In this document: positions 48,478 through 61,166 of the stretch, piece by piece
Layout: every line of letters starts with the position of its first letter
How positions within the stretch are numbered: position 1 is the stretch's first letter
Source of the DNA: Candidatus Borkfalkia excrementavium
GTDB taxonomy: Bacteria > Bacillota > Clostridia > Christensenellales > Borkfalkiaceae
DNA: 64,000 nt
Direction: 5' to 3'
NCBI GenBank assembly: GCA_019115945.1
Contig: DXCO01000040.1
Span: 40,758-104,757 of the forward strand
Position numbers and translations under genes: made by a program
The notes under the pieces: model-generated
Seen by the model: only the letters and a program-made list of their open reading frames with translations
What the model was told of the DNA's origin: nothing
Databases searched by the model: none

Positions 48478-49419
48478 TCAGATAAACTCGCAAAGGAGCA
48501 TCAGGATGGGGATGGTGACGATACACAAAAGCGTATTCATCAGCGTGGCGCGCGCGGCCGTCGCGCCGTCTTTATCGTACATTTCCGCAAAACTCAACAC
48601 AACGGAAGCGGTGGGCATGGCACTGATGACGAACAGAGCGATCATCACGTATCTGTCGAGCGGCAGAACGAGATCGACGAGCATCATCATGCCGAGCGCA
48701 ATGAGCGGAGATATGACGAGTTTCATTGCGGCAACGCCGTAAATTTTCAGATCGGTAAACAGCGAAGAAAGTTTTACGTCTGCAAGGCGGATGCCGAGAA
48801 TGACCATGGACAGGGGCAGCGTCATATCGCCGAGGTAGCCGATGGGCGTAAGCACCTGCTGCGGCACGTTCACTTTCAGAAAAAAGAAGGGCAGCGCCAC
48901 AAGCGAGGCGAGCGTGGGCGGATTGAGGATGATCTTGAGCGGGTTGACCGTTTTTTTATCGCCCGTGACGATATACACGCCCAGCGTCCAGGACATGGCA
49001 ACGAATACGATATTGTAAACGACGGTATACAGGACGAGATCTTCTCTGCCGGGGAAGAGCATCTGCATGACGGGGATCCCCATGAACCCCACGTTGCCGA
49101 GATAGGAACAGGCGATGCAAACGCGGCGGGAAGAATCTTCCTTCACCCTTGCAAAGACGGGCTTTGCGGCGAAAAACACGATCAGTTGCAAAAGGATCGC
49201 GAACACGAACACCGCCGCGAAATCGGGAAGTTGCGAAGCGGAAAATTCCCCTTCCAGAATCGAGGACATCATCAAAAAGGGCTGCGCCACGTAAAGGAGA
49301 AGCACTGCGAGCGTACTTGTAGCCTTTTCGGGCAAAAGCCGCGCTTTTTTCAGGCAAAAACCCGGCACCGCCAAAACGACGATGATGATCACGTTGATAA
49401 AAGTAGATAAAAAGTTCAA
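48478..49419 (-). CDS. AEC (auxin efflux carrier) family transporter
   Basis: About 10 TMs, GNVGFMGIP, NPP, PLSM..LG, AMPTA. TTG start at 49419 behind GGAGG. Confidence 0.88.
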   Translation of the reverse strand: MNFLSTFINVIIIVVLAVPGFCLKKARLLPEKATSTLAVLLLYVAQPFLMMSSILEGEFSASQLPDFAAVFVFAILLQLIVFFAAKPVFARVKEDSSRRVCIACSYLGNVGFMGIPVMQMLFPGREDLVLYTVVYNIVFVAMSWTLGVYIVTGDKKTVNPLKIILNPPTLASLVALPFFFLKVNVPQQVLTPIGYLGDMTLPLSMVILGIRLADVKLSSLFTDLKIYGVAAMKLVISPLIALGMMMLVDLVLPLDRYVMIALFVISAMPTASVVLSFAEMYDKDGATAARATLMNTLLCIVTIPILMLLCEFI

Positions 49420-49488
49420 AAGAAGCCCTCCTCTGCCGCAAGGGCAGCGCAACAGCAACGCAAAAGAGATCGCGCAGGCGACGCCGGT

Positions 49489-49866
49489 TTATTTCCTTTT
49501 CCGATTGCCCGCGGAAGTGATATCGTAACTGAGGCGCACGAGTTTTTCGATCTCTTCATCGGGAACGCTGCCGTCCAGCCGAACGGTGATCCAGTGCTTT
49601 TTGTTCATGTGATAGCCGGGCAAAATGCCCGCATACGTATTGCAGAGCATGGGCAAAAGATCGGGAGGGCACTTGGCGTCGAGAACGGTCTCGCTCCCCT
49701 TTCCCTCCTTGCCGATGCGCGCCTTCGGCGCCGCCAACAAAACGGCAAACCATTTTTGATTGTCCGCATGCCTTAAAACGGCTATGTCTCGCTCTTCCCG
49801 AAAGGGATAATCGCATACAGCCCCCGGCAACGCCGCGGCAAATTGAATGATATCCTCTTTTTTCAT
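49489..49866 (-). CDS. MmcQ/YjbR family protein
   Basis: DYPF, RH..N.KWFA, KC.P, PGYHMNKKHWITV.LDG. Confidence 0.9.
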   Translation of the reverse strand: MKKEDIIQFAAALPGAVCDYPFREERDIAVLRHADNQKWFAVLLAAPKARIGKEGKGSETVLDAKCPPDLLPMLCNTYAGILPGYHMNKKHWITVRLDGSVPDEEIEKLVRLSYDITSAGNRKRK

Positions 49867-50016
49867 ATCGTTTACTCCGCACTGTATTATACACTTTTTG
49901 TTCTTACAAGACAACAAAATTCAGAGAAAAATTTATTCTTAAATTCTTTTCGCAAAAGGCTTGCTTTTATGTATAAATTGTGATAGAATTATGTTAATAA
50001 ATCTTAGGAGGGTTTT

Positions 50017-50499
50017 ATGGCAAAAAGTGGTGTAAAAAAGTGGATCCCCGGCGGCATCGCGCTCGTTCTGGGATTGGTGGCGTTCCTTCTGATGTTTGCT
50101 GATGCAGTCAACGCAGAAATAGGAGGCTTTTCGGAAGGTGTAGGCAAAGGTTCCGAATTTGCATTCGGTTCTTTGGAAGGTCTGAAATTTAATATCATGA
50201 TCTTTTTGGGCTTTGCGCTGCCCTTGATCGGCGGCATCCTCGCCTTTATCACCGGAAACGGCTTCTTGATGAAGATCATCACGACCGCCTGCTTCGTGGT
50301 CGGCGCGGTGTTCCTCTTCTGCACAGTCGCTTTTGTTCCCGTCGGACAGAGCGAAATATTCAAAGCATCGTGGGAGGAAGGCGTTGATTTAGGCGTTTAT
50401 AAACTTGCAGCCGGCCCCATCGTTGCGGGCATCCTTTCCATTCTCGGCGCAATCGTATGCTTCTTCAAAGGCACGATCGCTAAGAAAATCGGCGACTGA
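50017..50499 (+). CDS. Hypothetical four-TM membrane protein
   Basis: GGAGG RBS, own TTGCTT-17-TAGAAT promoter, four hydrophobic helices. Confidence 0.8.
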   Translation: MAKSGVKKWIPGGIALVLGLVAFLLMFADAVNAEIGGFSEGVGKGSEFAFGSLEGLKFNIMIFLGFALPLIGGILAFITGNGFLMKIITTACFVVGAVFLFCTVAFVPVGQSEIFKASWEEGVDLGVYKLAAGPIVAGILSILGAIVCFFKGTIAKKIGD

Positions 50500-50515
50500 T
50501 TGATTGAAAAAACTG

Positions 50516-50548
50516 AAAAAGCGGAGAGCGTATGCTTTCCGCTTTTTT
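50516..50548. terminator. Bidirectional terminator
   Basis: AAAAAGCGGAGAGC/GCTTTCCGCTTTTT. Confidence 0.75.
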
Positions 50549-50567
50549 GATTGTCTGCGATTATCCG

Positions 50568-52324
<1,757 letters not shown>

Positions 52325-52529
52325 ATATTTCACCTCGCAATCCGCTCCGCGCGGCAAACGCCCGCGGCCGCGGTTTTTTCAATTATTATTTTAAGCCCAA
52401 AACGCGATTTTGTCAAGCCCCGCCGCAAAATTGGCACGGAAAAAGGTCTTTCGCAAAAGGTCGCAAAAAAACAAAACGCACCTTTACAAAAAAGAACCGC
52501 TCGGTACAGGCGGCTCTTTTTTTGCGGCA

Positions 52530-53225
52530 TCACTCGCTCTGCGCGCGGTGTTCGTACTGTCCCGCGCCCGTATAGAGGGAAAATTCTCTGTCGAGATCGA
52601 AATCTTCCGCGCTGTCGAACGCGGCGAGTTTGGAAATGGAAACTTCGTAAGCGGTCATGGTCTTGACTTCGTATTCGGAAAGTTTTTTCTGATACTCGCG
52701 GCTCTGGATCCTGCCCGAAAGCGCGATCTTATCCCCTACCTGCAGATTTTTGACGAACCGCGCGTTCCGCCCCCATGCGATGCAGGGAATATAGTCGGAT
52801 TTGTTGTACGCCCTGTTTACCGCGACGAGCAAATCCGCGATTTCCCGATTGAACGGGGTGGTGCGGTATACGGGCGGTTTGCAGATATAGCCGCTCAGAA
52901 CGATGCTGTTCGGATTTTTTGCGGGCGGCGCTTCGACCAGTTCGCGCACGAAAACGGTCAGCATAAGGCGCGATTTTCCGTTTTCGATCTTATTGTAAGA
53001 CCGGAACTGACCGAGCGCGCAGAGCGTGGAACCGATCTGCAGATTTCCTCCCTCGATCAGCCGTTCGGATACGGTCACAGGCAGAATGTCCGCCTGCCCC
53101 GAAAGGCGCATTACCCTCACGCTCAGGTCGTAAAACCCTTCGCCGTACACTTCGTGAGAGAAACTCGCTTCGCTCACGATCTCGCCCATGATGAACACTT
53201 TGTTGTTCTTCTCGGTGCTGTTCAT
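52530..53225 (-). CDS. ssb: Single-stranded DNA-binding protein with two OB folds (clostridial SSB/PriB-like)
   Basis: Two OB repeats (GQFRSYN; RTTPF.REIAD...VNR.Y.KSDYIPCIAWGRNA...GRIQSREY). Confidence 0.85.
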   Translation of the reverse strand: MNSTEKNNKVFIMGEIVSEASFSHEVYGEGFYDLSVRVMRLSGQADILPVTVSERLIEGGNLQIGSTLCALGQFRSYNKIENGKSRLMLTVFVRELVEAPPAKNPNSIVLSGYICKPPVYRTTPFNREIADLLVAVNRAYNKSDYIPCIAWGRNARFVKNLQVGDKIALSGRIQSREYQKKLSEYEVKTMTAYEVSISKLAAFDSAEDFDLDREFSLYTGAGQYEHRAQSE

Positions 53226-53265
53226 AAAAAATCCTCCATAATGTATTTCTTTTCATTTTTCGCGA

Positions 53266-54033
53266 TCAGGATGCGGCATGCTGGCGGCCGTTCGCATCGA
53301 TCGTGTAATTTTCACGATAGATGAGTTCTCCGATCGGCACAAAGGTATAGCCGCTGTTTTTCAGTGTATCGAGGACGATGGGAAGCGCTTCCGCCGTATG
53401 CAGGCCGTTGTTGTGGCACAGGATGATGCTGCCGTTTTGCACGCGGTTGATGATGCGCATCGCAATGTCGTTGGCGGAAAGGTCCTTCCAATCCAGGCTG
53501 TCCACGTCCCATTGAATGGTATACAATCCCATTTCCTGCGCCGTTCCGATCAGAAGATCGTCGTAGTCCCCGTACGGCGCGCGGAACAGTTCCACTTTTT
53601 TGCCCGTAACCTTTTCGATCGCCTCGCAGGAGGTCTGCAGTTCGTTTCTGATCTCCTGCTCGCTCAGTTTCGACATATACGAATGCGTCGCGCTGTGCGT
53701 GCCGATCTCATTCCCCTTTTCGTCTATCTTTTTGACGTATTCGGGATACTTTTCCGCCCAGAACTCCACCATGAAAAAGGTGGCGCGAACGCCTTCCCGC
53801 TCGAGGATCTCCAAAAGTTTGTCGGTATAATCCGTCCCCCAGGCGCAGTCGAAGGAAATGGAGATCTTTTTTTCCTCCGTCTCTACGCTGTACACGGGCA
53901 ACTTCCGCACCGTGCCGCCCAAAAAGACCGCATACGCGCCCGACGTGCCGAGAACGAGTGAGAGCACGAGCACCGCCGCCACAAGCGCCGCCGCGAATAC
54001 CGCGCCTCTTTTTTTCAGGACGAATACTTTCAT
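53266..54033 (-). CDS. pdaB: Polysaccharide deacetylase, sporulation PdaB-type
   Basis: N-terminal TM, ISFDCAWG, ATFF, HSATH, FRAPYG, WDVDSLDW, IILCHN. Confidence 0.85.
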   Translation of the reverse strand: MKVFVLKKRGAVFAAALVAAVLVLSLVLGTSGAYAVFLGGTVRKLPVYSVETEEKKISISFDCAWGTDYTDKLLEILEREGVRATFFMVEFWAEKYPEYVKKIDEKGNEIGTHSATHSYMSKLSEQEIRNELQTSCEAIEKVTGKKVELFRAPYGDYDDLLIGTAQEMGLYTIQWDVDSLDWKDLSANDIAMRIINRVQNGSIILCHNNGLHTAEALPIVLDTLKNSGYTFVPIGELIYRENYTIDANGRQHAAS

Positions 54034-54133
54034 TCCTCACCTCATATTTTACATTCGGCGCGCTGTCAAAATTTGTACAGTTTTGACGATTTGCGGCCTG
54101 TTTTGTAAAATCTATCCGCTTATTTCGGTATAT

Positions 54134-54162
54134 ATCATATGCCGCGCACTCCTGCGATATGA
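54134..54162 (-). promoter_or_regulatory. SigmaE-type promoter of pdaB
   Basis: TCATAT-15bp-CATATGAT, matching the sigmaE consensus; pdaB is a sigmaE gene in B. subtilis. Confidence 0.7.
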
Positions 54163-54287
54163 CGAAAGGCCGCGGACCTTTTTCGGCCGCGGCCTTTCGC
54201 CGGAAACGTGCCCGACTTATCCTATATTTCCGTACATAAAAAAGAGCGCGGCCGCAGAAAAACGGCGCGCTCAGAAAACCCGACACG

Positions 54288-54323
54288 AAAAAGGGGCCGC
54301 ACCTTTGCGGTGCGGCCCCTTTT
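54288..54323 (-). terminator. Terminator after parC-like gene
   Basis: AAAAGGGGCCGCAC/GTGCGGCCCCTTTT. Confidence 0.8.
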
Positions 54324-54333
54324 ACGAGTTCAG

Positions 54334-56805
54334 TTATGACAGATATTTCAGGGACCAGAAGGCCTTTGCCGTCTCTCCCTTTTTCAGTTTGATGTTCTTG
54401 CCCTTCGTGGTGCGGTCCTCTATCTTGATATCTTCTTCCGTATCCGCGACGGCGAACGTATTGTCGCTCATGAGTACGGCGATCTTGTAAGGTTCGGTCA
54501 CGTAATCGGAATAGATGACTTTGCGCTTTCCGCCGAGGTCCACCACCTTGACGCCCTTGCGGTAACGCGCCATCGGGTCGATCTGAGAGGCGATGATCTT
54601 TTTATACGTATTGCCGTCCGTCGCGACGATGATCTCGCCCTCTCCGTCTATCTGGCCGGCGAACACGACGAAATCCCCTTCCGCGAGCGATATGCCGCGC
54701 ACGCCGGCGGAGATCCTGCCCTGCGTGGGGATATCGTTCTTGTATGCGTTTAAGCACATGCCCTGCGCCGTGACGAAAAACAGCGTCGTCGTGGGTTCGG
54801 GATCGTCCGTCTCTATGCCGATGATCTCGTCTCCCTCGTTGACCTTGCACGCCTGGAATGCGTATTTGAGAATATTATATTCTTTCCAGTCGCTCTTTTT
54901 CACGTAGCCAAGCCGCGAATAGAAGAGGAGGCTGCCCTTGGGCATCTTTTCCCCTACTTCGTAGAAAGCGATCGGCTTTTCCCCTTCCTGCGCGTCGGGG
55001 CACAACTGTTTGTAAGGCATGCCCTTGTCCTTCAGCCTGCCGACGACCACATCCTGAAAATCGATCTTGTAGCAGTTGCCGAAATTCGTGAAGGAATAGA
55101 CGATCTTGTCCGTCTGCGTATGCAGATACAGTTTGAGGATATCCGAAACGGTCGAGCGCTCGCCGATGTTTTTGTCGGACATATTGAAATTCTTTTCCGC
55201 GACCACTTTGATGCTGTCGTCCGCCGTATAACAGAGAACGCACTTTTCCACCGGCTTCGCGTCGTCGAATTTTTCCACCTTGATATCCGCGGCGTCGAAC
55301 ACGAGCGCGCTCTTGCGCTCGCTTTTGAACTGTTTTTTGATCTCTTTGAGTTCGTTTTGCACCACTTCCATCTGCAGTTTTTTGCTCTCTACGATGGCGG
55401 TCAGGCGGGCGATCAGTTTTTTCAGTTCTTCCAGTTCCTGTTCGAGTTTGAAAATTTCCAGTTTCGTAAGGCGCGCGAGCCTGAGGTCGAGGATCGCCTG
55501 CGCCTGCCGCTCGGAAAGGTCGAACCGCTCGCGCAGTTTCTGCCGCGCCGCAGGCACGCTCTCCGATTTTTTGATGATCTCGATCACCTCGTCGATATTG
55601 CGCACCGCGATGATCAGCCCTTCGAGGATATGGCACCGCTCTTTTGCCTGCGCCAGATCGAATTTCGTGCGGCGAAGCACCACCTCGCGCTGGTAGGCGA
55701 CATAGTGTTTGATGATATCCAAAAGCCCCAGTTGCTGCGGCTTTCCGTCCGCAATGGCGACCATGTTGATGCCGAACGAGCATTCGAGGTCTGTATATTT
55801 ATAGAGCGCGTTCAAAATTTTGTCCGCGTCCGCGTCTTTTTTCACCTTCACGACGGCGCGCATGCCGTTCCTGTCCGATTCGTCGGTGATGTCGCTGATG
55901 CCGCCGAGAAGGTCTTTTTTCTCCTCGCGCAGATCTGCGATCTTGGCAAGCAGGCGCGCTTTGTTCACCTGATAGGGAAGTTCGGTGATGACGATCAGTT
56001 TTTTGTCGTTGTCCCCCTCCTCGATATTGACCTTTGCGCGAAGCGTGATCTTGCCGCGCCCCGTCTCGTATGCCTGCAAGAGTTCGTTCGCGATGATATA
56101 GCCGCCCGTAGGAAAATCGGGCGCCTTGATATATTTCATCATCTCGAACAGTTTGATCCTGGGATTGTCGATATAGGCGACGACACCGTCGATGACCTCG
56201 CCGAGATTGTGCGGGGGGATATTCGTCGCCAGCCCGACCGCGATGCCCGATGCGCCGTTCACGAGAAGGTTGGGGAACCTGCCGGGCAGCGTTTCCGGTT
56301 CTTTCAGACTGTCGTCGAAATTGAGGGTAAAGCGCACGGTATCCTTTTCGATGTCGCGCAGAAGTTCGAGCGCGAGCGGTTCGAGACGGGCTTCCGTATA
56401 ACGCATCGCGGCGGCGGGATCTCCGTCGACGGAACCGAAATTTCCGTGACCGTTGACGAGCGTCATGCGCATATTGAAATCCTGCGCCATGCGGACCATC
56501 GCATCGTACACGGAAGAATCTCCGTGCGGATGATATTTACCCATGCACTCGCCCACGATACGCGCGCTCTTTTTGTGCGGCTTATCGGGGAACAGGCCCA
56601 TATCGTACATGGTATACAGGATCCTGCGCTGAACGGGTTTAAGGCCGTCTTCCACGCGCGGGAGCGCCCTGTCGAGAATTACGTATTCCGCATAGGGAAG
56701 CATGGAGCCGGGAAGGACCTCTTCGAGAGGGGTCACGTAAACTTCGCCCTTCGTTTCTTCGGGCAGATGTTCTTCCGCAGCCTTGTTGTTCTTTCGTTTT
56801 GCCAA
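54334..56805 (-). CDS. parC: Type IIA topoisomerase subunit A, topoisomerase IV (ParC)-like
   Basis: [24 protein letters not shown] (catalytic Tyr), beta-pinwheel CTD lacking the QRRGGKG GyrA box in blade 1. Confidence 0.75.
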   Translation of the reverse strand: MAKRKNNKAAEEHLPEETKGEVYVTPLEEVLPGSMLPYAEYVILDRALPRVEDGLKPVQRRILYTMYDMGLFPDKPHKKSARIVGECMGKYHPHGDSSVYDAMVRMAQDFNMRMTLVNGHGNFGSVDGDPAAAMRYTEARLEPLALELLRDIEKDTVRFTLNFDDSLKEPETLPGRFPNLLVNGASGIAVGLATNIPPHNLGEVIDGVVAYIDNPRIKLFEMMKYIKAPDFPTGGYIIANELLQAYETGRGKITLRAKVNIEEGDNDKKLIVITELPYQVNKARLLAKIADLREEKKDLLGGISDITDESDRNGMRAVVKVKKDADADKILNALYKYTDLECSFGINMVAIADGKPQQLGLLDIIKHYVAYQREVVLRRTKFDLAQAKERCHILEGLIIAVRNIDEVIEIIKKSESVPAARQKLRERFDLSERQAQAILDLRLARLTKLEIFKLEQELEELKKLIARLTAIVESKKLQMEVVQNELKEIKKQFKSERKSALVFDAADIKVEKFDDAKPVEKCVLCYTADDSIKVVAEKNFNMSDKNIGERSTVSDILKLYLHTQTDKIVYSFTNFGNCYKIDFQDVVVGRLKDKGMPYKQLCPDAQEGEKPIAFYEVGEKMPKGSLLFYSRLGYVKKSDWKEYNILKYAFQACKVNEGDEIIGIETDDPEPTTTLFFVTAQGMCLNAYKNDIPTQGRISAGVRGISLAEGDFVVFAGQIDGEGEIIVATDGNTYKKIIASQIDPMARYRKGVKVVDLGGKRKVIYSDYVTEPYKIAVLMSDNTFAVADTEEDIKIEDRTTKGKNIKLKKGETAKAFWSLKYLS

Positions 56806-56823
56806 AACTTTCTTCCTCCCTCG

Positions 56824-58791
56824 TTAAATGTTGACGCGCTCGATAAAGGTGTCCACTTTATTGAAATTCGCGTTCTGCGCAAGAAATTCCTTTCTCGCCT
56901 CTACCCTGTCTCCCATGAGCGCGGTGACCATCTGCTCCGCTTCCGCCGCATCTTCAATGTTCACCTGAATGAGATTGCGCCTGGCGGGATCCATCGTCGT
57001 CTCCCACAGTTGTTCGGCGCTCATTTCACCGAGCCCCTTGTATCTCTGGATCTGATATCCCTTGCCGACGATCTCGATCTTTTTCTGCAACTCCTCATCG
57101 TCGTAAGCATACTCGACGACGTCCTTTTTATACACCTTATAAAGGGGCGGCATGCCGATATAGATGTTGCCGTTGTTCACGAGTTCGCGCATGTAGCGGT
57201 AGAAGAAGGTCAGAAGGATGCAGCGGATGTGCATGCCGTCCTGGTCGGCATCGGAGAGAATGATCACCTTATGATATTTAAGATCGTCTATGTTGAAATC
57301 GCCGCCGTACCCTGCGCCCAGCGCGCTGATGATGGTGCGGATCTCCTCGTTGGCAAGCACCTGGTCGATGCGCTTTTTCTCTACGTTCAAAGGTTTGCCG
57401 CGAAGGGGCAGGATCGCCTGCGTCTGACGGATACGCGCCTGTTTTGCGGTACCGCCCGCCGAATCCCCCTCTACGATGAACAATTCGTTGAGTTCCGGCT
57501 TTTTGCCCGTGCATGCGGCAAGTTTGCCCACGAGAGTCAGATTTTCGATGCTGTTTTTGGCGCGGGCCAGTTCCTTTGCCTGGCGCGCCGCCAGCCGGAC
57601 GCGCGCCGCCCCCTGCGCCTTTTTGACGATCTCTTCAAAGACGGGTTTGAGTTTTCCGTCCTTAAAAAGTTCGCCGATCCCTTCTACGGTCGCCGTCTCG
57701 ACCGGAAGGCGCGCCTCGGGGTTTCCGAGTTTGGTCTTCGTCTGTCCTTCGAACTGTACGTTCTTCATTTTGATGGACAGGATCGCCGTCAGCCCCTCGC
57801 GGAAATCTTCGCCGAGCAGGTTCTGATCCTTTTCTTTCAAAGAACCGAGCGCGCGCGCGACGTCGTTCAGGGATTTTGTAAGCCCGGTGCGGAATCCCGT
57901 TTCGTGATAACCGCCCTCGGGCGTGGGAATGTTGTTGACGAACGAAAACAGACTTTCCGTAAAATCTGTCGTATGCTGGATAGCAAACTCGATCAGGATG
58001 CCGTCTTTCTCCGTCTTGTATCCGATCGGATCATCGTAGAGCGGCGTTTTCCCCTCGTTGAGGTAAACGGCAAAATCCTTGAGGCCGCCGTCGAACTTAT
58101 AATTGACGCAGACGGGATTTTTTCCCTCGGGCACGCGCTCGTCGGTCAGAATGATCTCCAACCCCTTGTTGAGAAAGGCGAGTTCTTTGAGCCGCTTGGA
58201 TACGGTATCGAAATTGAACGCTACGGTGTCGAACACCGAAGCATCCGGTTTGAAACGGATAAACGAGCCCGTTTTGTCCGTCTTTTCTTTCGTATCGACG
58301 AGGTGTTCGTTGGGAACGCCGGACATAAATTTGTTTTCTTTTTCGTCGAAATAAGAGTGGAAGGACATGCGGTAGACCGTACCCCTGTAAACTTCCACTT
58401 TCAGCCATTCGGACAGGGCGTTGGTAACGGAGGCGCCCACGCCGTGCAGCCCGCCGGAAAAGGAATAGTTGTGCTCGTCGAACTTGCCGCCCGCGTGCAG
58501 TTGCGTAAACACGACTTCCACGCCCGAAACGCCCGTTTTGGGATGGATATCCGTAGGGATCCCCCGGCCGTTGTCTTCGACGGACGCGCTGCCGTCTTTG
58601 TACAGCCTGACTTCTATGCGGGAAGCAAACCCGTTCGCCGCTTCGTCGATCGCGTTGTCGACGATCTCCCAAAGGATATGGTGAAGTCCCTTCGGCCCCG
58701 TCGACCCGATATACATACCGGGGCGCAGGCGCACCGCGTCCAGCCCTTCGAGTATCTTGATATCCTCGGCGTTGTAATTTTTTCCTGCCAT
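56824..58791 (-). CDS. parE: Type IIA topoisomerase subunit B, topoisomerase IV (ParE)-like
   Basis: GHKL motifs EIVDNAIDE, DNGRGIP, GGLHGVG; TOPRIM EGDSA, PLRGK, DADQDG. Not in dnaA-recF context. Confidence 0.75.
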   Translation of the reverse strand: MAGKNYNAEDIKILEGLDAVRLRPGMYIGSTGPKGLHHILWEIVDNAIDEAANGFASRIEVRLYKDGSASVEDNGRGIPTDIHPKTGVSGVEVVFTQLHAGGKFDEHNYSFSGGLHGVGASVTNALSEWLKVEVYRGTVYRMSFHSYFDEKENKFMSGVPNEHLVDTKEKTDKTGSFIRFKPDASVFDTVAFNFDTVSKRLKELAFLNKGLEIILTDERVPEGKNPVCVNYKFDGGLKDFAVYLNEGKTPLYDDPIGYKTEKDGILIEFAIQHTTDFTESLFSFVNNIPTPEGGYHETGFRTGLTKSLNDVARALGSLKEKDQNLLGEDFREGLTAILSIKMKNVQFEGQTKTKLGNPEARLPVETATVEGIGELFKDGKLKPVFEEIVKKAQGAARVRLAARQAKELARAKNSIENLTLVGKLAACTGKKPELNELFIVEGDSAGGTAKQARIRQTQAILPLRGKPLNVEKKRIDQVLANEEIRTIISALGAGYGGDFNIDDLKYHKVIILSDADQDGMHIRCILLTFFYRYMRELVNNGNIYIGMPPLYKVYKKDVVEYAYDDEELQKKIEIVGKGYQIQRYKGLGEMSAEQLWETTMDPARRNLIQVNIEDAAEAEQMVTALMGDRVEARKEFLAQNANFNKVDTFIERVNI

Positions 58792-58980
58792 TTTTTCCTC
58801 CGCTGTGTTGCTTAAGGGGCATTCTGCACCCGATTATATATAGGTATTATACCATATATAGCGTTTTTTTTCAAGAATTTGAACGTAAAAACCACTAAAT
58901 CGGGAATAAAGAAAAAAGCGCCGCCCCGAGGGGAAGCGCCTGCTTTTTGCCAAAATCTGCTCACGTATGCATGCGAGCGA

Positions 58981-59883
58981 TCATTTTCTGCGCACGGGAA
59001 TGCGGCGGATAAAATCTCCTATCTCGGAAAGCCCCTCTTCCCTGTTCTTTGTTTCGTTGAGAAATTCATGGCGGGAATTTTCGATCAGATGCAGAGATAC
59101 GTCCTTTACGCCGCAGTTTTTATAAAAAGCATACAACTTTTGCGTGCCCTTGCCGAGGCCCCCTACCGCATCCTCTTTCCCCGAGATCAGAAGAAGGGGA
59201 AGATCGGGGTCCAATCCGGCGGCCGCGCTCTTTTTATACAGACCGGACAGCCCCTTGAAAAAACTGCGGAAAAAATTGTTGCTGCAAACGAAGTTGCAAT
59301 ACGGATCTGCATGATATGCGGCGTTGTTCGCTTCATCGACGCTTAAAAATTCTCCGTCGTCAAACTTTTTGTCGTAGCCGCCGAACACCAGCCGGTTGAC
59401 GAAGTTTGCGGGCGCATCCTTTCCCTTGAACGCGCTTCCCACTCCCGAAACCACCAGCCCCGCGCGGACGGCGAGCGCGTTCTGGCGGGAACTTCCCGCA
59501 ATGACCGCACCGTCTAAAAACCTCGGGTACCGTTCGATAAACGCCTGCGTCAGGAAAGACCCGTAAGAAAAACCGAACAGCACGTATTTAAGACCCGCGT
59601 ACTTTTCGCTGTAAAATTTGGCGACGCTCGCCATGTCCTTCAGCGTGGAGGTGAACATGTCCCCTTCGCTGTAACCGAGCGTTTCCGGATCCGTTTCGCC
59701 GTGGCCGCGATGATCTTCTCCCGCGACGATATAGCCGAGAGAGTTGAAATATTCGGCAAACTTTTCATATCGGCCCGTATATTCGTTCATGCCGTGCGCG
59801 ATCTGCACGATGCCGCACGGATCTTTTACGTCCGCCCACTCGCGGACAAAGATCTGTTTTCCGTCAAACGATTCAAGCGTCAT
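58981..59883 (-). CDS. Alpha/beta hydrolase (lysophospholipase/monoacylglycerol lipase-like)
   Basis: HGM.E...RY, DHRGHG, GFSYG nucleophile elbow, SG..D, RHE. Start MTLES at 59883. Confidence 0.88.
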   Translation of the reverse strand: MTLESFDGKQIFVREWADVKDPCGIVQIAHGMNEYTGRYEKFAEYFNSLGYIVAGEDHRGHGETDPETLGYSEGDMFTSTLKDMASVAKFYSEKYAGLKYVLFGFSYGSFLTQAFIERYPRFLDGAVIAGSSRQNALAVRAGLVVSGVGSAFKGKDAPANFVNRLVFGGYDKKFDDGEFLSVDEANNAAYHADPYCNFVCSNNFFRSFFKGLSGLYKKSAAAGLDPDLPLLLISGKEDAVGGLGKGTQKLYAFYKNCGVKDVSLHLIENSRHEFLNETKNREEGLSEIGDFIRRIPVRRK

Positions 59884-60032
59884 AAAATCCCTCCGTATTT
59901 TCGGATAGACACATTTTACCCTATTTTCCCTCGTTTGTAAAGGGTTATGCAAAAAATATCCTTCCCGATTATATTTCTCCGCACGGAAAAATATACTAAC
60001 AACGGGAGAATTCATCCCACAAGGGAGGTAAA

Positions 60033-61076
60033 ATGAAAAATCTTGTTCTGACGGGCGGCGGAAGCGCGGGGCATGCCGTTCCCTGCGCAGCGCTCATCCC
60101 CGACCTTTCCGAACGATTCAATTTAGGCTATATCGGAACAGACGGGATCGAAAAAAAGATCATCGCGCCCTTTTGCATTCCCTACTGCACCATCGCCTGC
60201 CCCAAATTCATCCGCGGGTTTTCCCTGAAAAACCTGTCCATTCCCGCCCGCTTTCTGAAGAGCGTGAAGGCGGCGAAACGGGGATTGAAAGCGCTCGGCG
60301 CGGACGCTGTGTTTTCCAAGGGCGGCTACGTGGCGCTGCCCGTCGTGTTTGCGGCAAAAAAACTGGGCATTCCCGTGATCTCGCACGAATCGGACCTCAC
60401 CCCCGGGCTTGCGAACAGGCTGATCTCGGGAAAATGCAGAGAGGTGCTCACCAGTTTCCCGGAAACCGCAAAGCGGCTGAAAAACGGAAAATATTCGGGC
60501 GCCCCCATACGCGGGGAATTGTTTTCGGCGGACAGGAAAGCCGCCCGCGAAAAATACGGATTTTCGGACGCAAAGCCTGTCCTGCTCGTATTCGGGGGAG
60601 GCAGCGGCAGCCGCGCCATCAACGAAGCGCTGCGCAAAAACCTTTTCCGACTGACGGACAAATATCAGATCCTGCACATATGCGGACATGGGAATATGCG
60701 CGAAAGCAACGCAAACGGTTACGTACAGCGGGAATACGAAAACGACATGCCGTCCGCTTATGCCGCGGCGGATATCGTACTGTCGCGGGCGGGATCGAAT
60801 ACGGTTTTCGAAATTCTCGCACTGAAAAAGCCCGCTCTGCTCGTCCCACTCGAAAACAGGCGCTCGCGCGGAGATCAGGTAAAAAACGCGCTGTATTTTC
60901 AGGAAAGGGGGCTGTGCCGCGTACTGCGCGAAGCGGACCTGACGCCGCAGTCGCTCGAAACGGAACTCGGCCGCACGGCCGCGGACGATGCGCTGAAAGA
61001 AAATTTGCGATCCTCCGATTTCAAAAGCGGCAACGAAAAGATCGTGAACGAGATCCTCTCTCTGTTTCCGCAATAA
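60033..61076 (+). CDS. murG: Undecaprenyl-PP-MurNAc-pentapeptide GlcNAc transferase
   Basis: TGGGSAGH, KGGYV..P, HESD, GGGSGS, SRAG, Q..NA. Confidence 0.93.
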   Translation: MKNLVLTGGGSAGHAVPCAALIPDLSERFNLGYIGTDGIEKKIIAPFCIPYCTIACPKFIRGFSLKNLSIPARFLKSVKAAKRGLKALGADAVFSKGGYVALPVVFAAKKLGIPVISHESDLTPGLANRLISGKCREVLTSFPETAKRLKNGKYSGAPIRGELFSADRKAAREKYGFSDAKPVLLVFGGGSGSRAINEALRKNLFRLTDKYQILHICGHGNMRESNANGYVQREYENDMPSAYAAADIVLSRAGSNTVFEILALKKPALLVPLENRRSRGDQVKNALYFQERGLCRVLREADLTPQSLETELGRTAADDALKENLRSSDFKSGNEKIVNEILSLFPQ

Positions 61077-61166
61077 AAAACGCCTGCGCACGGGTGCAAT
61101 CCCGCATATGCGCAGACGGACAAATGACGATATGAACACGCGCCGGCACGACAGACGGGCAGCGGT

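Noticed and set aside
55120-58815. 1231-aa plus-strand ORF spanning parC/parE
   Set aside because: Antisense shadow of two well-conserved genes. Codon bias leaves the reverse frame stop-poor, and the product has no recognisable motifs or RBS.
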